Shown here in pieces: positions 1 to 11,731 of a stretch of DNA of 64,000 nt. This DNA comes from an uncultured Planctomycetaceae bacterium (GTDB lineage Bacteria; Planctomycetota; Planctomycetia; Isosphaerales; Isosphaeraceae). The DNA lies in the NCBI GenBank assembly GCA_963833985.1, contig CAWIAD010000001.1, forward strand, positions 640,001-704,000. The letters run 5' to 3'. The translations under genes and the position numbers were made by a program. Position 1 is the first letter of the stretch. The number at the start of each line of letters is the position of its first letter. The notes under the pieces are model-generated. The model was not told the DNA's origin. It made no database searches and worked only from the letters and a program-made list of their open reading frames with translations.

Positions 1-473
1 CCGACGTTGCCGCAGATGTACGGCTCACAGCCGAGTTGCTCGCAGAGATCGAAGAATTCGTGAGTTCCGAAGTGGTTGCTCTCGGTGACACCGCCCCAGT
101 GGGTATTGATCATGCTGGGCCGCTTTTCCTTCGGGCCAATTCCGTCCATCCAGTGGTATTCGTCGGCGAAGCAGCCGCCCGGCCAGCGCAGCACGGGGAT
201 CTTGGTTTTCTTGAGCGCCGCGACGACGTCGTTGCGAATGCCCCGAGAATTCGGGATGCTGCTGCTCTCGCCCACCCAGATGCCGCCGTAGATGCAATGA
301 CCGAGATGCTCGGAGAAGTGGCCGTAGATATTGCGGTTGATCGTGTGCTGACCCTGGTCGGTATGGATCACCAGGCGGTTCTTCGGCTCGGAGGCGCCTC
401 CGGACCGGACCGTGCCGACCAGCAGCAATAATGCCGAGAGGACGAACAGCCTTCGCCTGGAACTCTGGATCAT
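1..473 (-). CDS. abfA: Alpha-L-arabinofuranosidase, GH51 (N-terminal part; runs off window edge)
   Basis: Manual translation from ATG at 473 (not in the ORF track): signal peptide then [25 protein letters not shown]...[23 protein letters not shown]...[18 protein letters not shown], the GH51 N-terminal signature. Confidence 0.9.
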   Translation of the reverse strand, partial: MIQSSRRRLFVLSALLLLVGTVRSGGASEPKNRLVIHTDQGQHTINRNIYGHFSEHLGHCIYGGIWVGESSSIPNSRGIRNDVVAALKKTKIPVLRWPGGCFADEYHWMDGIGPKEKRPSMINTHWGGVTESNHFGTHEFFDLCEQLGCEPYICGNV

Positions 474-547
474 CGTGCGTCTCCCAGCTTCGCGGTCCAC
501 TTTCAGGGCACCAGGTGCGACACCGTTGCGGTTTGCCGAACGGAACT

Positions 548-1477
548 TCAAGAGCTCACGGGCCAGTGTAGCCAGCCCCTTCCCGGCGCCGGCGCCAGGT
601 CGGTGCAGCTTTCCGGGTTCATGGCGGCAGCGGCGACGCGGAGGCTGGTCTCGAGCCGCGGGCCGGGCCTCGAGAACAGGGCCGAGCCGTCGGCGATGAA
701 CACGGCGCCGTTGCGCACCGCGGGCAGATCGCGCCACTCGGGGCGATCCTCGACGGCCCTCAGCTCCAGTTCCGTCCGCTCCAGGTTGAAGCCGCAGGGA
801 GCCACGATCACCACTTCGGGACGGCTTGCGGCCACCTGCTTCCAGGTGAGCCGGCGCGAGGGGATGCCGGTCTGACCAAGGACCTCCAGGCCCCCCGCGC
901 GTTCGACGATCTCCGGGTTCCAGTGGCCGCAGGTGAAGGGAGGATCGAGCCACTCGAGCAGCAGCACGCGCCTCGGCGGCATGTCCCGCTCGCCAGAAGC
1001 CTTGCGGCGACGGGCGATCTCGCCCACGGTAAGCTTGAACCCGGCGATGATCGACCCGGCTTCCGAACGGCAGTCCAGCAGCTCGCCGACGCGGCGGAAC
1101 ATGGCGAAGACATCTTCGAGGTTCTGCGGATTGAAGCTGGCCACGCCGGGCGCGCAGGGCAGCCTGGTCGCGGCCTCACGCACGGTCTCCTCGTTGACCG
1201 CACAGACGTCGCACTGCTCCTGGGTGAGGATCAGGTCCGGAGCAAGACCCGCCAGGATCTCCTCGTCAAGGTCGTAGAGCCCGTCCTGCTGGCTGGAGAC
1301 CAGGGCGTCAATCTCGCTGCTCGGGACGTCGCTGGCGATCCGGCTGGTGGTCAGGAACGGCAGCGACTGCACTGCGGGCGGGTAATCGCACTCGTGGGTG
1401 ACGCCCACCAGCTCATGCTCGTGCCCGAGGGCGCAGACCAGCTCGGTGAGCGCGGGCAGCAGACTGACGATTCGCAC
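548..1477 (-). CDS. BtuF-like cobalamin/Fe-siderophore periplasmic-binding-fold protein
   Basis: [65 protein letters not shown] start at 1477 chosen. Confidence 0.85.
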   Translation of the reverse strand: MRIVSLLPALTELVCALGHEHELVGVTHECDYPPAVQSLPFLTTSRIASDVPSSEIDALVSSQQDGLYDLDEEILAGLAPDLILTQEQCDVCAVNEETVREAATRLPCAPGVASFNPQNLEDVFAMFRRVGELLDCRSEAGSIIAGFKLTVGEIARRRKASGERDMPPRRVLLLEWLDPPFTCGHWNPEIVERAGGLEVLGQTGIPSRRLTWKQVAASRPEVVIVAPCGFNLERTELELRAVEDRPEWRDLPAVRNGAVFIADGSALFSRPGPRLETSLRVAAAAMNPESCTDLAPAPGRGWLHWPVSS

Positions 1478-1514
1478 CTGAGGCTCCTCAGTTTTCCGCC
1501 TGTATCGAATGCCT

Positions 1515-2753
1515 TCACCGGGGCGGTTCAATCTCGGTCGTCGGCCCCACCGAAACGATGGTCATGGGCCAGAGCGGCCAGTCCGTCAGCAGCTTCCGGA
1601 GGTGGTTCAAGGTCACGCGGGAGAAGGCCTCGAGCTCGTCCTCGACCGTCAGGTAAGTGCGCCTGTACATCCACTGGAAACCGAGGGAGCCCAGCCGTCC
1701 CATGGGGCGCTCGCTCCGGAGCACGGAGCGGGCAAGCACCTTGTTCTTCGCCTGGTTCAGCTCCTCCTCGGTGACGCCCTCGGACATCACGCTGCGATAG
1801 GTCTCGGCGATGCGGCCGAGGTTGGCCTGGGCCTCGCCGGGTTCGCAGCTCAGGAAGGTAAAGAAAGTGCCGGCCTGGTTGTAATCCTGATACGAAAGCT
1901 CGGCGCCGTCGGCGAGCCCCGGGTCGATCAGTGCCCAGTAGAGCCGCGAGCCGGTATGGTCGCCAAGGATCGTCGCCAGCAGGTGCGCGGCATAGCGATC
2001 TTCGGTCTCCAGGGGGGGCGCGTCGCAGACTCCGACGACCGTTTGCTGCAAATCCTCGTCCCGGCGCAGCGCTCGAAACGCGTGCGTGCCTCGGACCTGC
2101 TGGGCCACGCGCGTGGCGGGACCGCCCTGCCAGGAGCCACAATGCCGCCCGCCGAGATCGAGCAGTTGCTCCCAGTGACCGTTGCCCGCGAACGCCAGCA
2201 CGATGTTGGCGGGGCTGTAACGGCCGGCAAAGTATTCGCGCATCCGACCGACCTGCATCGCGCCGATCGAATCGACTGTTCCCAGGATGCTGTTTCCGAG
2301 CGGATGAGCGCCGAAATGCGCGGTCTTGGCCGCCTCGTAAGCGACCGACATCGGGTTATCCAGGTACATCCGGATTTCCTCGATGATCACCTGCTTCTCG
2401 GTCTCGAAGTCCTCCTGGCGGAGGGTCGGCCGGAGGATATCCGCCAGCACGTCGAAGGAGGGCTCAAGGTATTCCGGCAGGCAGGTGACGTGGTAAAACG
2501 TGTCTTCCTCGGAAGTCTGGGCGTTGTGCTTGGCGCCCACCCGGTCGAAGTCGCGATTGACGGCCAGGGCGTCCCTCCGGCTGGTTCCCTTGAAGGTCAT
2601 GTGCTCCAGGAAGTGCGAGACTCCAGCCAGGTCGGCCGTCTCGTCGCGGCTGCCCGTCTTGACGAAAAAACCGGCGGCCACCGAGTGCGCCTGGTCATTC
2701 AGCTCGGCGATCACCTCGAGGCCATTCGACAGCGTTGCATGGTGAAAGGTCAT
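1515..2753 (-). CDS. M16 family zinc protease (pitrilysin/MPP-like), catalytic subunit
   Basis: GSRDE, inverted zinc motif HFLEH, NAQTS..T, SRLY. Confidence 0.92.
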   Translation of the reverse strand: MTFHHATLSNGLEVIAELNDQAHSVAAGFFVKTGSRDETADLAGVSHFLEHMTFKGTSRRDALAVNRDFDRVGAKHNAQTSEEDTFYHVTCLPEYLEPSFDVLADILRPTLRQEDFETEKQVIIEEIRMYLDNPMSVAYEAAKTAHFGAHPLGNSILGTVDSIGAMQVGRMREYFAGRYSPANIVLAFAGNGHWEQLLDLGGRHCGSWQGGPATRVAQQVRGTHAFRALRRDEDLQQTVVGVCDAPPLETEDRYAAHLLATILGDHTGSRLYWALIDPGLADGAELSYQDYNQAGTFFTFLSCEPGEAQANLGRIAETYRSVMSEGVTEEELNQAKNKVLARSVLRSERPMGRLGSLGFQWMYRRTYLTVEDELEAFSRVTLNHLRKLLTDWPLWPMTIVSVGPTTEIEPPR

Positions 2754-2881
2754 CGATCTCGACCCGCCACAGAGAAGAGAGGCGTTCCTGCGACTCCCGC
2801 CCAGCGTAGCCGGTAACGCCTCGTTTCGCCAGCATCTTGTGGGCAGGAACCTGACCGGGCCGCGGGCCTGCGGGCAGCGTA

Positions 2882-4229
2882 CTAAGCCGTGGCTTCCGCG
2901 GGCACGCGGAGGGCCGCCGGACCGAGAGTCAGGATGGTCAGATTCCGGACATCAAGGGCGTTCGCCGCGTACTCGGAGACCGAACCGGGCGTGAGGGCAT
3001 CAAGCCTGGCCGAGATCTCCTGGAGGGGGCGGACACGGCCCAGGAAGTACCAGTCCGACGCCAGCGCGCTGGAGCGGCTCATGCTCGATTCCTGGGCCAT
3101 GATCAGCGAGCTCTTCGAGACCCGCACGCATGGTTTCCAGCTCCTCGGGCTCGATTCCCTCGCGCGTCAGGCGCTGCATCTCGGCAACCACCACGTCCAG
3201 GGTCTGCTGCGCCCGATCGGTCGACGTCCCCGCGTAGCAGAGCATGGCGGCCCGGGCGCGCTGGCTCTCATAAGACGCATAGACCGAATAGCAGAGCCCG
3301 CGCTTCTCGCGGACCTCCGTGAACAGGCGGGCCGAGGAATAGCCCCCCAGGATCGCCACCGCGGCACGCGCTCGATAGTAGTCGGGGCTGTCCACAGTCG
3401 CCGCGGGGTGAGCCAGGGCAATCTGGATTTGCTGGGTCTCGCGCACGATGTGGTCGCGGCCTGGTCCCGCCGGCTTCTCGACCAGTTCCGGCTCGGGTCT
3501 GGGTTCCCACTGGCCGAAGAGCCGGCCCACCGCGTCCCGGACGCGCGGCCAGTCGATGGCTCCCGCCACGCCGAGGATCGTGCCGTTGGGACGGTAAACC
3601 GAGCCCAGGAACCGTCGTAGCGACTCGCCCGTGGCGCCGGTGATCCCCTCCAGCGACCCGGGCGAGGGCCGGCCCCAGGGCTCGGGAAAGTGCCGGCGGC
3701 GCAGCTCGTAGATCACCTTGCTGCCAGGGTCATCCTCCAGGCTGCGGAGGTTTTGCAGACAGAGCGCCCGGATCGGCTCGATCTGCTGCTCGTCGCAGTG
3801 CGGCCTGAGCACCATGTCGGCGAAGATCTCCAGCGCCGGGACCAGGTTGCGGCCCAGTGTCGCGGCCGAAAGACTGGTGTGCAGGGTCTGCGCACTTTCG
3901 GAGTGCATGATGCCCAGATTGTCCAGCGCGGTGAGCAACTGACGGCTGTCGCGCGCACCGGCCCCACGCGTGATCCACTCGGCGACCATCGTGGCCGCGC
4001 CCGCCCCGGCCGCGACGCCCGCGGCCTCCTCGTACGCCGCCCCGGCCGGCACCAGCAAGGTGAACGCCGCCGACTGAACGCCCGGCATGACTTCACCGAC
4101 GAGCACCAGCCCATTGGAATACGTATGTTGTTCGATCGTGGCGGGCGTAATCTCTGGCACGGCGTTCCCCGTCGCGGCGTGTGACTCGAAACAGGGGGCA
4201 AGCGGCAACTCAGGAGGGGCCGGATGCAA
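2882..4229 (-). CDS. M16 family protease, non-catalytic partner subunit (frameshift near 3120)
   Basis: M16 fold motifs (YSNGLVLV, LFTEVREKRGLCYSV) without HxxEH; C-terminus continues in ORF 2882-3127; adjacent to the catalytic paralog. Confidence 0.8.
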
Positions 4230-4477
4230 GGGCTGCCGTCACCCGGGCAGCGCCCCTTGCCAGTGTCGCCCTCCCGTGGCGAGGTCTCCGCTCATGCAGT
4301 ACGAGTCTATTCTTAAATCGAATCAGGTTAACAAACAAGGCCGTTCGCAACCACTGACCCTGGGGAACCAGTGCAGGGCAGACCATTATTACTCCGCGAC
4401 CGGCACCCGAATGCGGCGTGCCGGTGCCTTGCCAGGCTGGCTGCTTGGTTCGCAGGCGGTCGGCCGCCTCTTCGGCT

Positions 4478-5014
4478 TCATCCATCCACTGCCTTGTACA
4501 GGGTTCGGGAACGCTGAAAGCCGAGCGTGCGGTAAAGCTGGACGGCCGCGCTATTTTCCGCGGTGACTTCAAGGTAAGCACGGTGCAGGCCGGCTTGGCG
4601 GAATCCGGCGAGGGCGCGGTGGACGAGGGCGCGGCCCAGTCCGATACCCCGGTAGGACGGAAGCACGCCGAGATTCTGGATCGCGCCGATCGGACCGTGA
4701 TCCATCACCCCCTGAACCGTGGCGACGTACCCCTCGGAGCAGGCAATCAGCCACGTGGCGTCGGGCAGAAACCCCGGCTTGCGGCGGATCTCGCGCATCA
4801 GACGCTGGCAGCCATAACGGTCGCCCAGGCAAGGAAAGACGAAGGCGTCGATCTCGGAGCGGAAGCTCTGGTATTTCACCTCGGCATGGTCGGCCAGCAG
4901 ACCTTCCTCCCAGGGCACCCAGAAGAATCCTCCGGGAAGTGCTGCCGGCAGGCGGCACGCGAAGGAATCCAGCTCAATTTCCATCCGCAAGCGCTTGTAG
5001 TAGGTGATCGCCAT
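4478..5014 (-). CDS. GNAT family N-acetyltransferase
   Basis: NLGVLPSYRGIGLGRALV acetyl-CoA motif; LEVTAENSAAVQLYRTLGF. Confidence 0.9.
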   Translation of the reverse strand: MAITYYKRLRMEIELDSFACRLPAALPGGFFWVPWEEGLLADHAEVKYQSFRSEIDAFVFPCLGDRYGCQRLMREIRRKPGFLPDATWLIACSEGYVATVQGVMDHGPIGAIQNLGVLPSYRGIGLGRALVHRALAGFRQAGLHRAYLEVTAENSAAVQLYRTLGFQRSRTLYKAVDG

Positions 5015-5187
5015 GGGAGATCGGGATGCGGTTGCCGGTCCGGCCAGGAAAGGAGAGCTTTCACCTGGAACTGGCTGCATTCTAAGTCGGCTTTCGTGGC
5101 AAGGTCAATCGCCTGCACGGACCATCCATCGCCGGCCGCATGCGCTGTCCGGACCACTCTACCATTCGGCGTTCGCGCGGGCGGAAT

Positions 5188-7241
5188 TCAGTCTCCGGAA
5201 GCCGAGTCGCGGCCGCCGTCGGTCCAGGACCACTGGCTGCCGCTCAGCTCCGGGGCGGCGGGTGCCGGGGGCGGGGCGGCGTGAGGCAGCGTTCCCGTCG
5301 AGCGTCCGGGACGGGCAATCAGCATCGGCACGCTCAGCTGGTGACGCACCCGGTCGACGGTCTGTCCGAACAGCAGGTCGCGCACCAGGCCGTGCCCGTG
5401 GGAACCGACCACCAGCAGGTCGACGGGATCTTTCCGCAGGTGGCTGACAAGCTGGCCGGCAGGATCGGGACCATACAGAAGCACCGAGCGCGCCGGGTAA
5501 CCGCGGTCGCGGAGCGCCTGAACCAGCTCGTCGAGATAACGCGCGTCGGCTCCCGTCTCCCGATCGGCGGTTTCCGGTCCATGAACCGCGGTCAAGGGCG
5601 TATCCACGACGTGCAGGAGCAGGAGGTCGGAAAGCTGGCGATCCCCCTGCGCGAGGCTCAGGGCGCGATTGAGGATCTCGGCGTCCGCCGGTCCGTGCTC
5701 GAGTGCCACGCCAATCCTCCCGAGGGTCAGCGGTCGTAGAGCCTGCACCCAGTCCACTTCCACGCTCGCCCCCGACGACCAGGCCGGAGAGGGCTGGATG
5801 ATCGGCTTCAGTGTGATCCACAGGAGCAGGCTTGCCATGCCGGCGGCAAGTGCCGCCAGGGCAATACCCACCAGCCACTCCAGCGGCACCGGCCCGACGC
5901 GCAGGCCCGACCCCTGCGCCATCTCGATCCACGTCCAGATCTGGTCGAAAACGAGCTTGGCGTTGAGACCAACGATGACCGCGGCAACCGCCCACGCCAG
6001 GATCTGTCCCCACCACGGGTTCGCCAGGCTGCCCATGTTGCGGCGGTTGGACGTGAAGTGGATCAGCGGAATGACAGCGAAGGAGAGCTGGAGGCTGAGG
6101 ATGACCTGGCTCAGCACCAGAAGCTGCTGAGTCGATTGTTCGCCCGCGAGGCCGATGACGATCACCGCGGGGACAAGCGCGATGAGCCGGGTGATCAAGC
6201 GCCGCAGCCAGGGTGCGATCTTGAGGTTCAGGAAGCCTTCCATGACGATCTGGCCGGCCAAGGTGCCGGTCAGCGTGGAGCTCTGGCCGGCGCACAAGAC
6301 GCGCAATGCCAAAGAGGATCGGCGCCTTGCCCCAGGAACGACGGCAAGAGTTCGTGCGCGCGCTCGATCGTGCCCACCTCGATTCCATGGCGATGGAAGA
6401 CCGCGGCGCTCAGTACCAGGATGGCCGCATTGACGAAGAAGGCGGCGTTCAGCGCGATCGTCGAGTCGAGCAGGAAATATCGGCAGGCCGACGCCCGGCT
6501 GCTCGTGTCGTCGCCGATTCGCCGCGTCTGCACCAGCGCAGAATGCAGGTAAAGGTTGTGCGGCATCACCGTCGCTCCGAGGATGCCGATGGCCACGAAC
6601 AGCGCACCGGGCGGCAGTTTCGGCCGCAAACCCGAGACGACGCCCAGAAGATCGGGCTGGGCCTGGAAGATCTGCACCAGGAAGCAGCCGCCGATGGTGG
6701 CGACCAGGACCAGGATCACGGCCTCCATCTGCCGCATACCCCAGCGCTGGAGGTAGAGCAGCAGGAAGGTGTCGAAGGCCGTGATGGCGCAGCCGGTGAG
6801 GAGGTTCAATCCGAAAAGGAGCTTCAGGGCGATGATCGTTCCCAGGACCTCCGCCAGGTCCGTGGCGGCGATGGCGATCTCGGTCAGCAGCCAGAGGATG
6901 AAGCTGAGCCGTGGCGAGTACTCCGCACGGCAGGCTTGCGCCAGATCATGCTTGGTGACAACCCCCAGACGGGCCGCCAGCGTCTGGAGCAGGATGGCCA
7001 TCAGGTTGGACATGAGCAGCACCCAGATCAGCGTGTAGCCGAACCGTGCACCACCCTCGAGGTCCGTCGCCCAGTTTCCGGGGTCCATGTAGCCCACGCT
7101 CACCAGGTAGGCGGGCCCCAGAAAACTGAAAAGCTTGCGCAGTTTTTGCCGGCCCCCCTGGGAGCCAGGTGGAACATGAACCGTGCCATGGACTTCTTCC
7201 AGGGACCTCCGTTCCGGCTTCATCTCCCCGGCCACCGCCAT
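5188..7241 (-). CDS. mntH: Nramp family Mn2+/Fe2+ transporter with C-terminal universal stress protein domain (frameshift near 6310)
   Basis: YMDPGNWATD, GATVMPHNLYLHS, GQSSTLTGTLAGQIVMEGF; USP motif DLLVVGSHGHG...LLFGQT; split across ORFs 6270-7301 and 5188-6312. Confidence 0.88.
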
Positions 7242-7374
7242 GCCCGCCCCTTCAAACGAGATCCCGGCCAGCCCGAAACGCGGTCCAATGAGAATCCGCA
7301 CGCGCAGGCAGTCTCATGTGTACCTGATTTTTCGAGCAGTGGCAAGTCGTTTACCAAAACGCTCAAAATTGATT

Positions 7375-7390
7375 TTTCGGTTGTCCGAAA
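7375..7390. promoter_or_regulatory. Putative MntR/DtxR-family operator upstream of mntH
   Basis: Perfect palindrome TTTCGG-TTGT-CCGAAA in an AT-rich stretch about 135 bp upstream of mntH. Confidence 0.5.
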
Positions 7391-7529
7391 TCGGCGAAAA
7401 TGAGGGTGGCACGCGGTTTTCAAGCGATGCTCCGACGGCGGCTTGCTAGAATTACGACAAGGTCTGGGGTCTCGCGGTTCGCGCGGCGCCCCGAGCGGGA
7501 AGTCGAATTCGATATCGGGAGGCATGGTC

Positions 7530-8029
7530 ATGGGTCGCTGCCTGGGGGTCTTGGTGGGAGGCTGGCTGCTCTTGGGGCACCAGGTCGTGGCGAGCGCCAG
7601 GTGGCGCCCGGGTATCCGCCGGCTTCCGGGCACATGGGATTCGTTCCGCCCACGGCCGTGAATCCGGCGGCAGTCGGCAGCCCGTACATGGAGACGTTTC
7701 CTTCCTTTGCCGGAACTTATGGCTTCCCCCTGGGCTTGACGGTGCGGCCGGTCACGCCATTCACCACAACCACACGCCCCGCCGCCGTGGCCAGGGGACG
7801 CGTCCGCCGCCCGCGTGCCGCGCGGGCCGGGAACGGCGTTGTCAACGCCACGCCTCCGCCATACGCCACGCAACTGCCGACCGGGCAACTGTACTGGCCG
7901 GGCTCCGGCGTCAGCCCCAACTACAGCCCCTATAGCCGCTATCAGAGTTACGGCTCTGGGTACTCCCGGGGACCCTACGGCTCGAACTTCTACGGTGGTC
8001 TGTGGAAGGGGTTCTGGCTCGGTGACTGA
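7530..8029 (+). CDS. Small secreted Gly/Tyr/Pro-rich hypothetical protein (frameshift near 7597)
   Basis: GGGAGG SD, signal peptide MGRCLGVLVGGWLLLGHQVVASA; one extra C would join it to QVAPGYPP...YGGLWKGFWLGD. Confidence 0.6.
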
Positions 8030-8203
8030 GGTGCGATCCCGAGCCGGGGCGAGGCCGGTGGTGAAGGTCTTCTCGCCCATCGGCCCACGCGGTCCAGCGG
8101 CTCCGAACCGGCGTGCGCCGCGTGGGAGGATCAGAGGCCTGATCGCTACTCATTTTGTGGGCGAACGATCCGGTGGCGGATGGTTGCCCGCCGAGGAGCC
8201 ACG

Positions 8204-9697
8204 ATGGCACGGCTTCAAACTCGACGTGGCGCGAACCGGAGCATGTCTGTACTGCTCTGCGGGTTTGCGTTTCTGGGAGCAGCCCTGGAGCGAGTCTCTG
8301 CCGCCGAGGTAGACGCCGGAGCCGCTCGCGTACTGCTCGTCTCTGGACCGGGCGCTGACGACTGGCAAGCCAGAGCGTCGGAACTGCGGCAAATTCTGAC
8401 CGCGACCGGCCGGTTCGACGTACGCCTGTGCGAGACGTTCGCCGGCCAGGCCGCAAGCTTGATCCGGGACTTCGACCTCGTTGTCGATGCCTCGGGCATC
8501 TCGGCTCAGGGGGCGGAGGGCGAAGCGGCCATTGCCCGGTTCGTCGAATCCGGAAAGGGGCTGGTCCTGACGCGCGCAGCTTTGCTTGCCAGCCGCGCTG
8601 GAAGCGGGGGACGCGGACCGGGGAAGCAGGCATCCCGCTCTGTTCCGGGAGATTCCGCGGCCTGGTGGCCGGCGAGCCTGGCGGATGGTCCCGCCGGGCC
8701 GGTCCAGTTCCTCGACCTCAGGATCAGCCGAGCGGATCATGTCATCACGCGGGGGATCCGAACCGAATACAGGATTGCCGACGCACTGCCCGGTCCAATG
8801 GTGATCCACCCCCAGGCGGAGACTCTCGCCCAGGCGCGGCCGACGGAGTCCCCCGACGGCAGCGATCGTGAGCAGCCGGTGCTGCTGGCGCTCAGGCATG
8901 GCAAGGGACGCGTTTTCGCCACGCTCATGGGCTCCAGTCTCGCTGCCATGCACGAGACGGCGTTCCAGGCGACGTTCGCCAGAGGGGCGGAATGGGCCGC
9001 GACCGGCAAGGTCACGCTGCCGCCGGAGCTGCCCAGATCCCGCGACGACGCGAAAGGAGTGAGGGGGCTGCTGATCACCGGCGGTCACGAACACGACACG
9101 TCGTTTTACTCGATGTTCCAGGGTAACGGGGCCCTGATGCGAATGCCCGTGAGCACGAGTGCCCTGGCATTCCAGGCCGACCTGCGGAGCAAGTACGATG
9201 TGATCGTCATGTACGACTTCACGCGGCACCTGGACGAGACGGGGAAAAAACATCTGCGTGAGTTCGTGGAGAGCGGCAAGGGCGTGGTCGTGCTGCATCA
9301 CGCGCTCCTGAACTATCAGGACTGGCCGTGGTGGTACCAGCAAGTGGTCGGGGGCAGCTACCGGCTACAGCGCGAGGGCGCGGTTCCGTCCTCGACGGTC
9401 AAGGACAGCCAGCTTTTTGAAGTGACGCCCCGACCCGGGCATCCGATCACGCTTGGGGTTGATCCGTTCTATCTCGTGGACGAGGCCTACCAGCGGATGT
9501 GGTTCTCCCCGTCGATCCGGCCACTGCTCGTGACGGACAACGCGTACAGCGACAGGGTCGTGGCCTGGGTCGGGCCGGACCCTCATTACAAGGTGGTGGC
9601 GGTGCAGCTTGGCCACGGCCCGTGGGCGTTCAGCCATCCGTCGTACCAGCGGCTGGTTTCCAATGCGATTCTCTGGGCGGCCGGGCGGCTGCATTGA
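8204..9697 (+). CDS. Secreted protein with two ThuA-like (class I glutamine amidotransferase fold) domains
   Basis: GAGGAG SD, signal peptide, two repeats of FVESGKG..., HPIT, GKGRVF/QLGH, AILWAAG. Confidence 0.82.
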   Translation: MARLQTRRGANRSMSVLLCGFAFLGAALERVSAAEVDAGAARVLLVSGPGADDWQARASELRQILTATGRFDVRLCETFAGQAASLIRDFDLVVDASGISAQGAEGEAAIARFVESGKGLVLTRAALLASRAGSGGRGPGKQASRSVPGDSAAWWPASLADGPAGPVQFLDLRISRADHVITRGIRTEYRIADALPGPMVIHPQAETLAQARPTESPDGSDREQPVLLALRHGKGRVFATLMGSSLAAMHETAFQATFARGAEWAATGKVTLPPELPRSRDDAKGVRGLLITGGHEHDTSFYSMFQGNGALMRMPVSTSALAFQADLRSKYDVIVMYDFTRHLDETGKKHLREFVESGKGVVVLHHALLNYQDWPWWYQQVVGGSYRLQREGAVPSSTVKDSQLFEVTPRPGHPITLGVDPFYLVDEAYQRMWFSPSIRPLLVTDNAYSDRVVAWVGPDPHYKVVAVQLGHGPWAFSHPSYQRLVSNAILWAAGRLH

Positions 9698-9737
9698 TGG
9701 GCGGGGATGACTTGCCAGGAAGTAAGGAGCCGGCGCA

Positions 9738-10679
9738 ATGAAAGTGGGACTCTACAGCATCACCTACCTGGGGCTCTGGTACCGGGGCGAGGCGCTTTCG
9801 CTGGAAGAGATGATTCGCAGGGCAAAGCAATTCGGCTATGACGGCATCGAGGTGGACGGGAAGCGCCCTCATGGCTGCCCGCTGGACTGGCCGAAACCGC
9901 GGTGCCGCGAGCTGCGTGCGCTGGCCGACGGCGAGGGGATCGAGATCTTCGCGGTGGCCGCCAACAACGACTTCAGCAGCCCGGTGCCCGAGGTTCGCGA
10001 GGCCCAGATCTGCTGCGTCCGCGACCTGATCCGGATGACGGCCGACCTGGGAGCATCCACACTCCGGGTGTTCCTGGCCTGGTGGGGCGTCACCCGGCAC
10101 CCGCGCCTGGCCACGTACCGGATCGCCAAGAAGCTCTGGCCGATCGTGCACGAGGAATTCAAGGACCAGGAGATCTGGGACTGGTGCCGCGATGCCCTGG
10201 CCGAGTGCGCGCGGTACGCCGGCGACGCGGGAGTCACTCTCGCGTTGCAGAACCACCGGCCAGTCATCAATGATCACCGCGACGTCCTGCGCATGGTTCG
10301 TGAGATCGGTTCCTCGCACCTGAAGGTCTGCCTGGACGCCCCGCTCATGCCCGACAAGAGCGCCGAGGCGATCGACAGCGCGGCGAAAGAGGTGGGCCCC
10401 CTCCAGGTGCTCTCGCACTTTGGCGGCGAATACGAGCGACAACCCGATGGCTCGATCCGCGGGTTCGATCGTTGGGACGGAGTGATCACGGGCGACACGA
10501 ACCAGTATTATTGCGACTTCGTTCGAGGCATGCGCACCGTCGGCTACAGCGGATACATCAGCTACGAGCTGTGCCACGACCTCCCTCAGATCAACGGTCA
10601 GACACCGGGCATCGACTTCGCCGATGAAAACGCTCGTCTGGCAGCCGAGTTCATGCGCGGGCTCATCGAGGCGAGATGA
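9738..10679 (+). CDS. Sugar phosphate isomerase/epimerase (AP endonuclease 2 TIM barrel)
   Basis: GYDGIE, LALQNH, LKVCLD, GYSGYISYE. Confidence 0.82.
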   Translation: MKVGLYSITYLGLWYRGEALSLEEMIRRAKQFGYDGIEVDGKRPHGCPLDWPKPRCRELRALADGEGIEIFAVAANNDFSSPVPEVREAQICCVRDLIRMTADLGASTLRVFLAWWGVTRHPRLATYRIAKKLWPIVHEEFKDQEIWDWCRDALAECARYAGDAGVTLALQNHRPVINDHRDVLRMVREIGSSHLKVCLDAPLMPDKSAEAIDSAAKEVGPLQVLSHFGGEYERQPDGSIRGFDRWDGVITGDTNQYYCDFVRGMRTVGYSGYISYELCHDLPQINGQTPGIDFADENARLAAEFMRGLIEAR

Positions 10680-10694
10680 TCGGGAGGCTCACAG

Positions 10695-11510
10695 ATGACC
10701 CGGTGGATCCGTAACCTCCAGGCGGCGGCCCTCATCCTGATCCTCGCCGCCCCCGCCGTGGCGCAGGAGCGGAAGCGCAACGTGCTGTTCATCGGCCAGA
10801 GCAAGGGCTACCAGCATGAGGCGATCTCAACCGCCATGGTCACCTTCTATAACCTCGGCCGAACCTCGGGGCGCTGGAATACCTACTTCCGTACCGACTG
10901 CGCGGCCGTCACGAAGAAGCCGCTCAAGTGGGGTGCCAAAAATCTGAACGCTTTCGACGCCCTCGTCTTCTTCACCGACGGCGACCTGGACATGGACGAG
11001 TCGCAGAAGGCTGACCTGCTTTCCTTCGTCCGCGATGACGGCAAGGGTTTCATCGGGATCCACAGCGCAAGCATCACGTTCGTCTCCTGGCCCGAGTACG
11101 GCACGATGCTCGGCGGGTATTACGACGGCCATCCCTGGGGCGAGTTCGCCGCGCCCCTGGTGGTGGAGGATCCCGGCTTCCCTGGGATGCAGCACCTTCC
11201 CGCCCGGTTCTCGCTGCATGACGAGATCTACCAGATCAGGAACTTCTCGCGCCGCGACGTGCACGTCCTCATGAGCCTGGATGCAAGCAAGCTTGACCTC
11301 ACACGCAAGGGCGTGCACCAGGAAGGCCGCGACTTCCCGGTCGTTTGGGCGCGGAACTATGGCAAAGGCCGTGTGCTTTATAACGGCCTGGGCCATCGCC
11401 TTGAGGTCTGGGAACGGCCCGAGATCCAGCGCATGTGGCAGGAGATGGTCGAGTGGTCGCTGGGCCTGGTTCCGGGCGACGCCACGCCCCGGCCCGCTGC
11501 CGCGAAATGA
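10695..11510 (+). CDS. Secreted ThuA domain protein
   Basis: Signal peptide; GYQHEAI, GKGFIGIHSA, HPW, DEIYQ, YGKGRVLYNGLGH. Confidence 0.85.
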   Translation: MTRWIRNLQAAALILILAAPAVAQERKRNVLFIGQSKGYQHEAISTAMVTFYNLGRTSGRWNTYFRTDCAAVTKKPLKWGAKNLNAFDALVFFTDGDLDMDESQKADLLSFVRDDGKGFIGIHSASITFVSWPEYGTMLGGYYDGHPWGEFAAPLVVEDPGFPGMQHLPARFSLHDEIYQIRNFSRRDVHVLMSLDASKLDLTRKGVHQEGRDFPVVWARNYGKGRVLYNGLGHRLEVWERPEIQRMWQEMVEWSLGLVPGDATPRPAAAK

Positions 11511-11731
11511 CCCGTGATTCGCGGTGGCGCGGCAGACCCGCGCCGGCTCTCTTGCCGGGCCGTGCGCGCACGGCGCAGGGCTCTGGCCCTGGCCCGGTAG
11601 GGCTCAGCCGGCCGGCACCTGCCGATGAACCCGGACGATCCGGCTTGCGTAACACCTGGAGAGTGGCTTTATCTATATCGACGGACGATCGAGTGAATCT
11701 GACACGCCATCGGGAGGCTTGTTCGTAGAAG

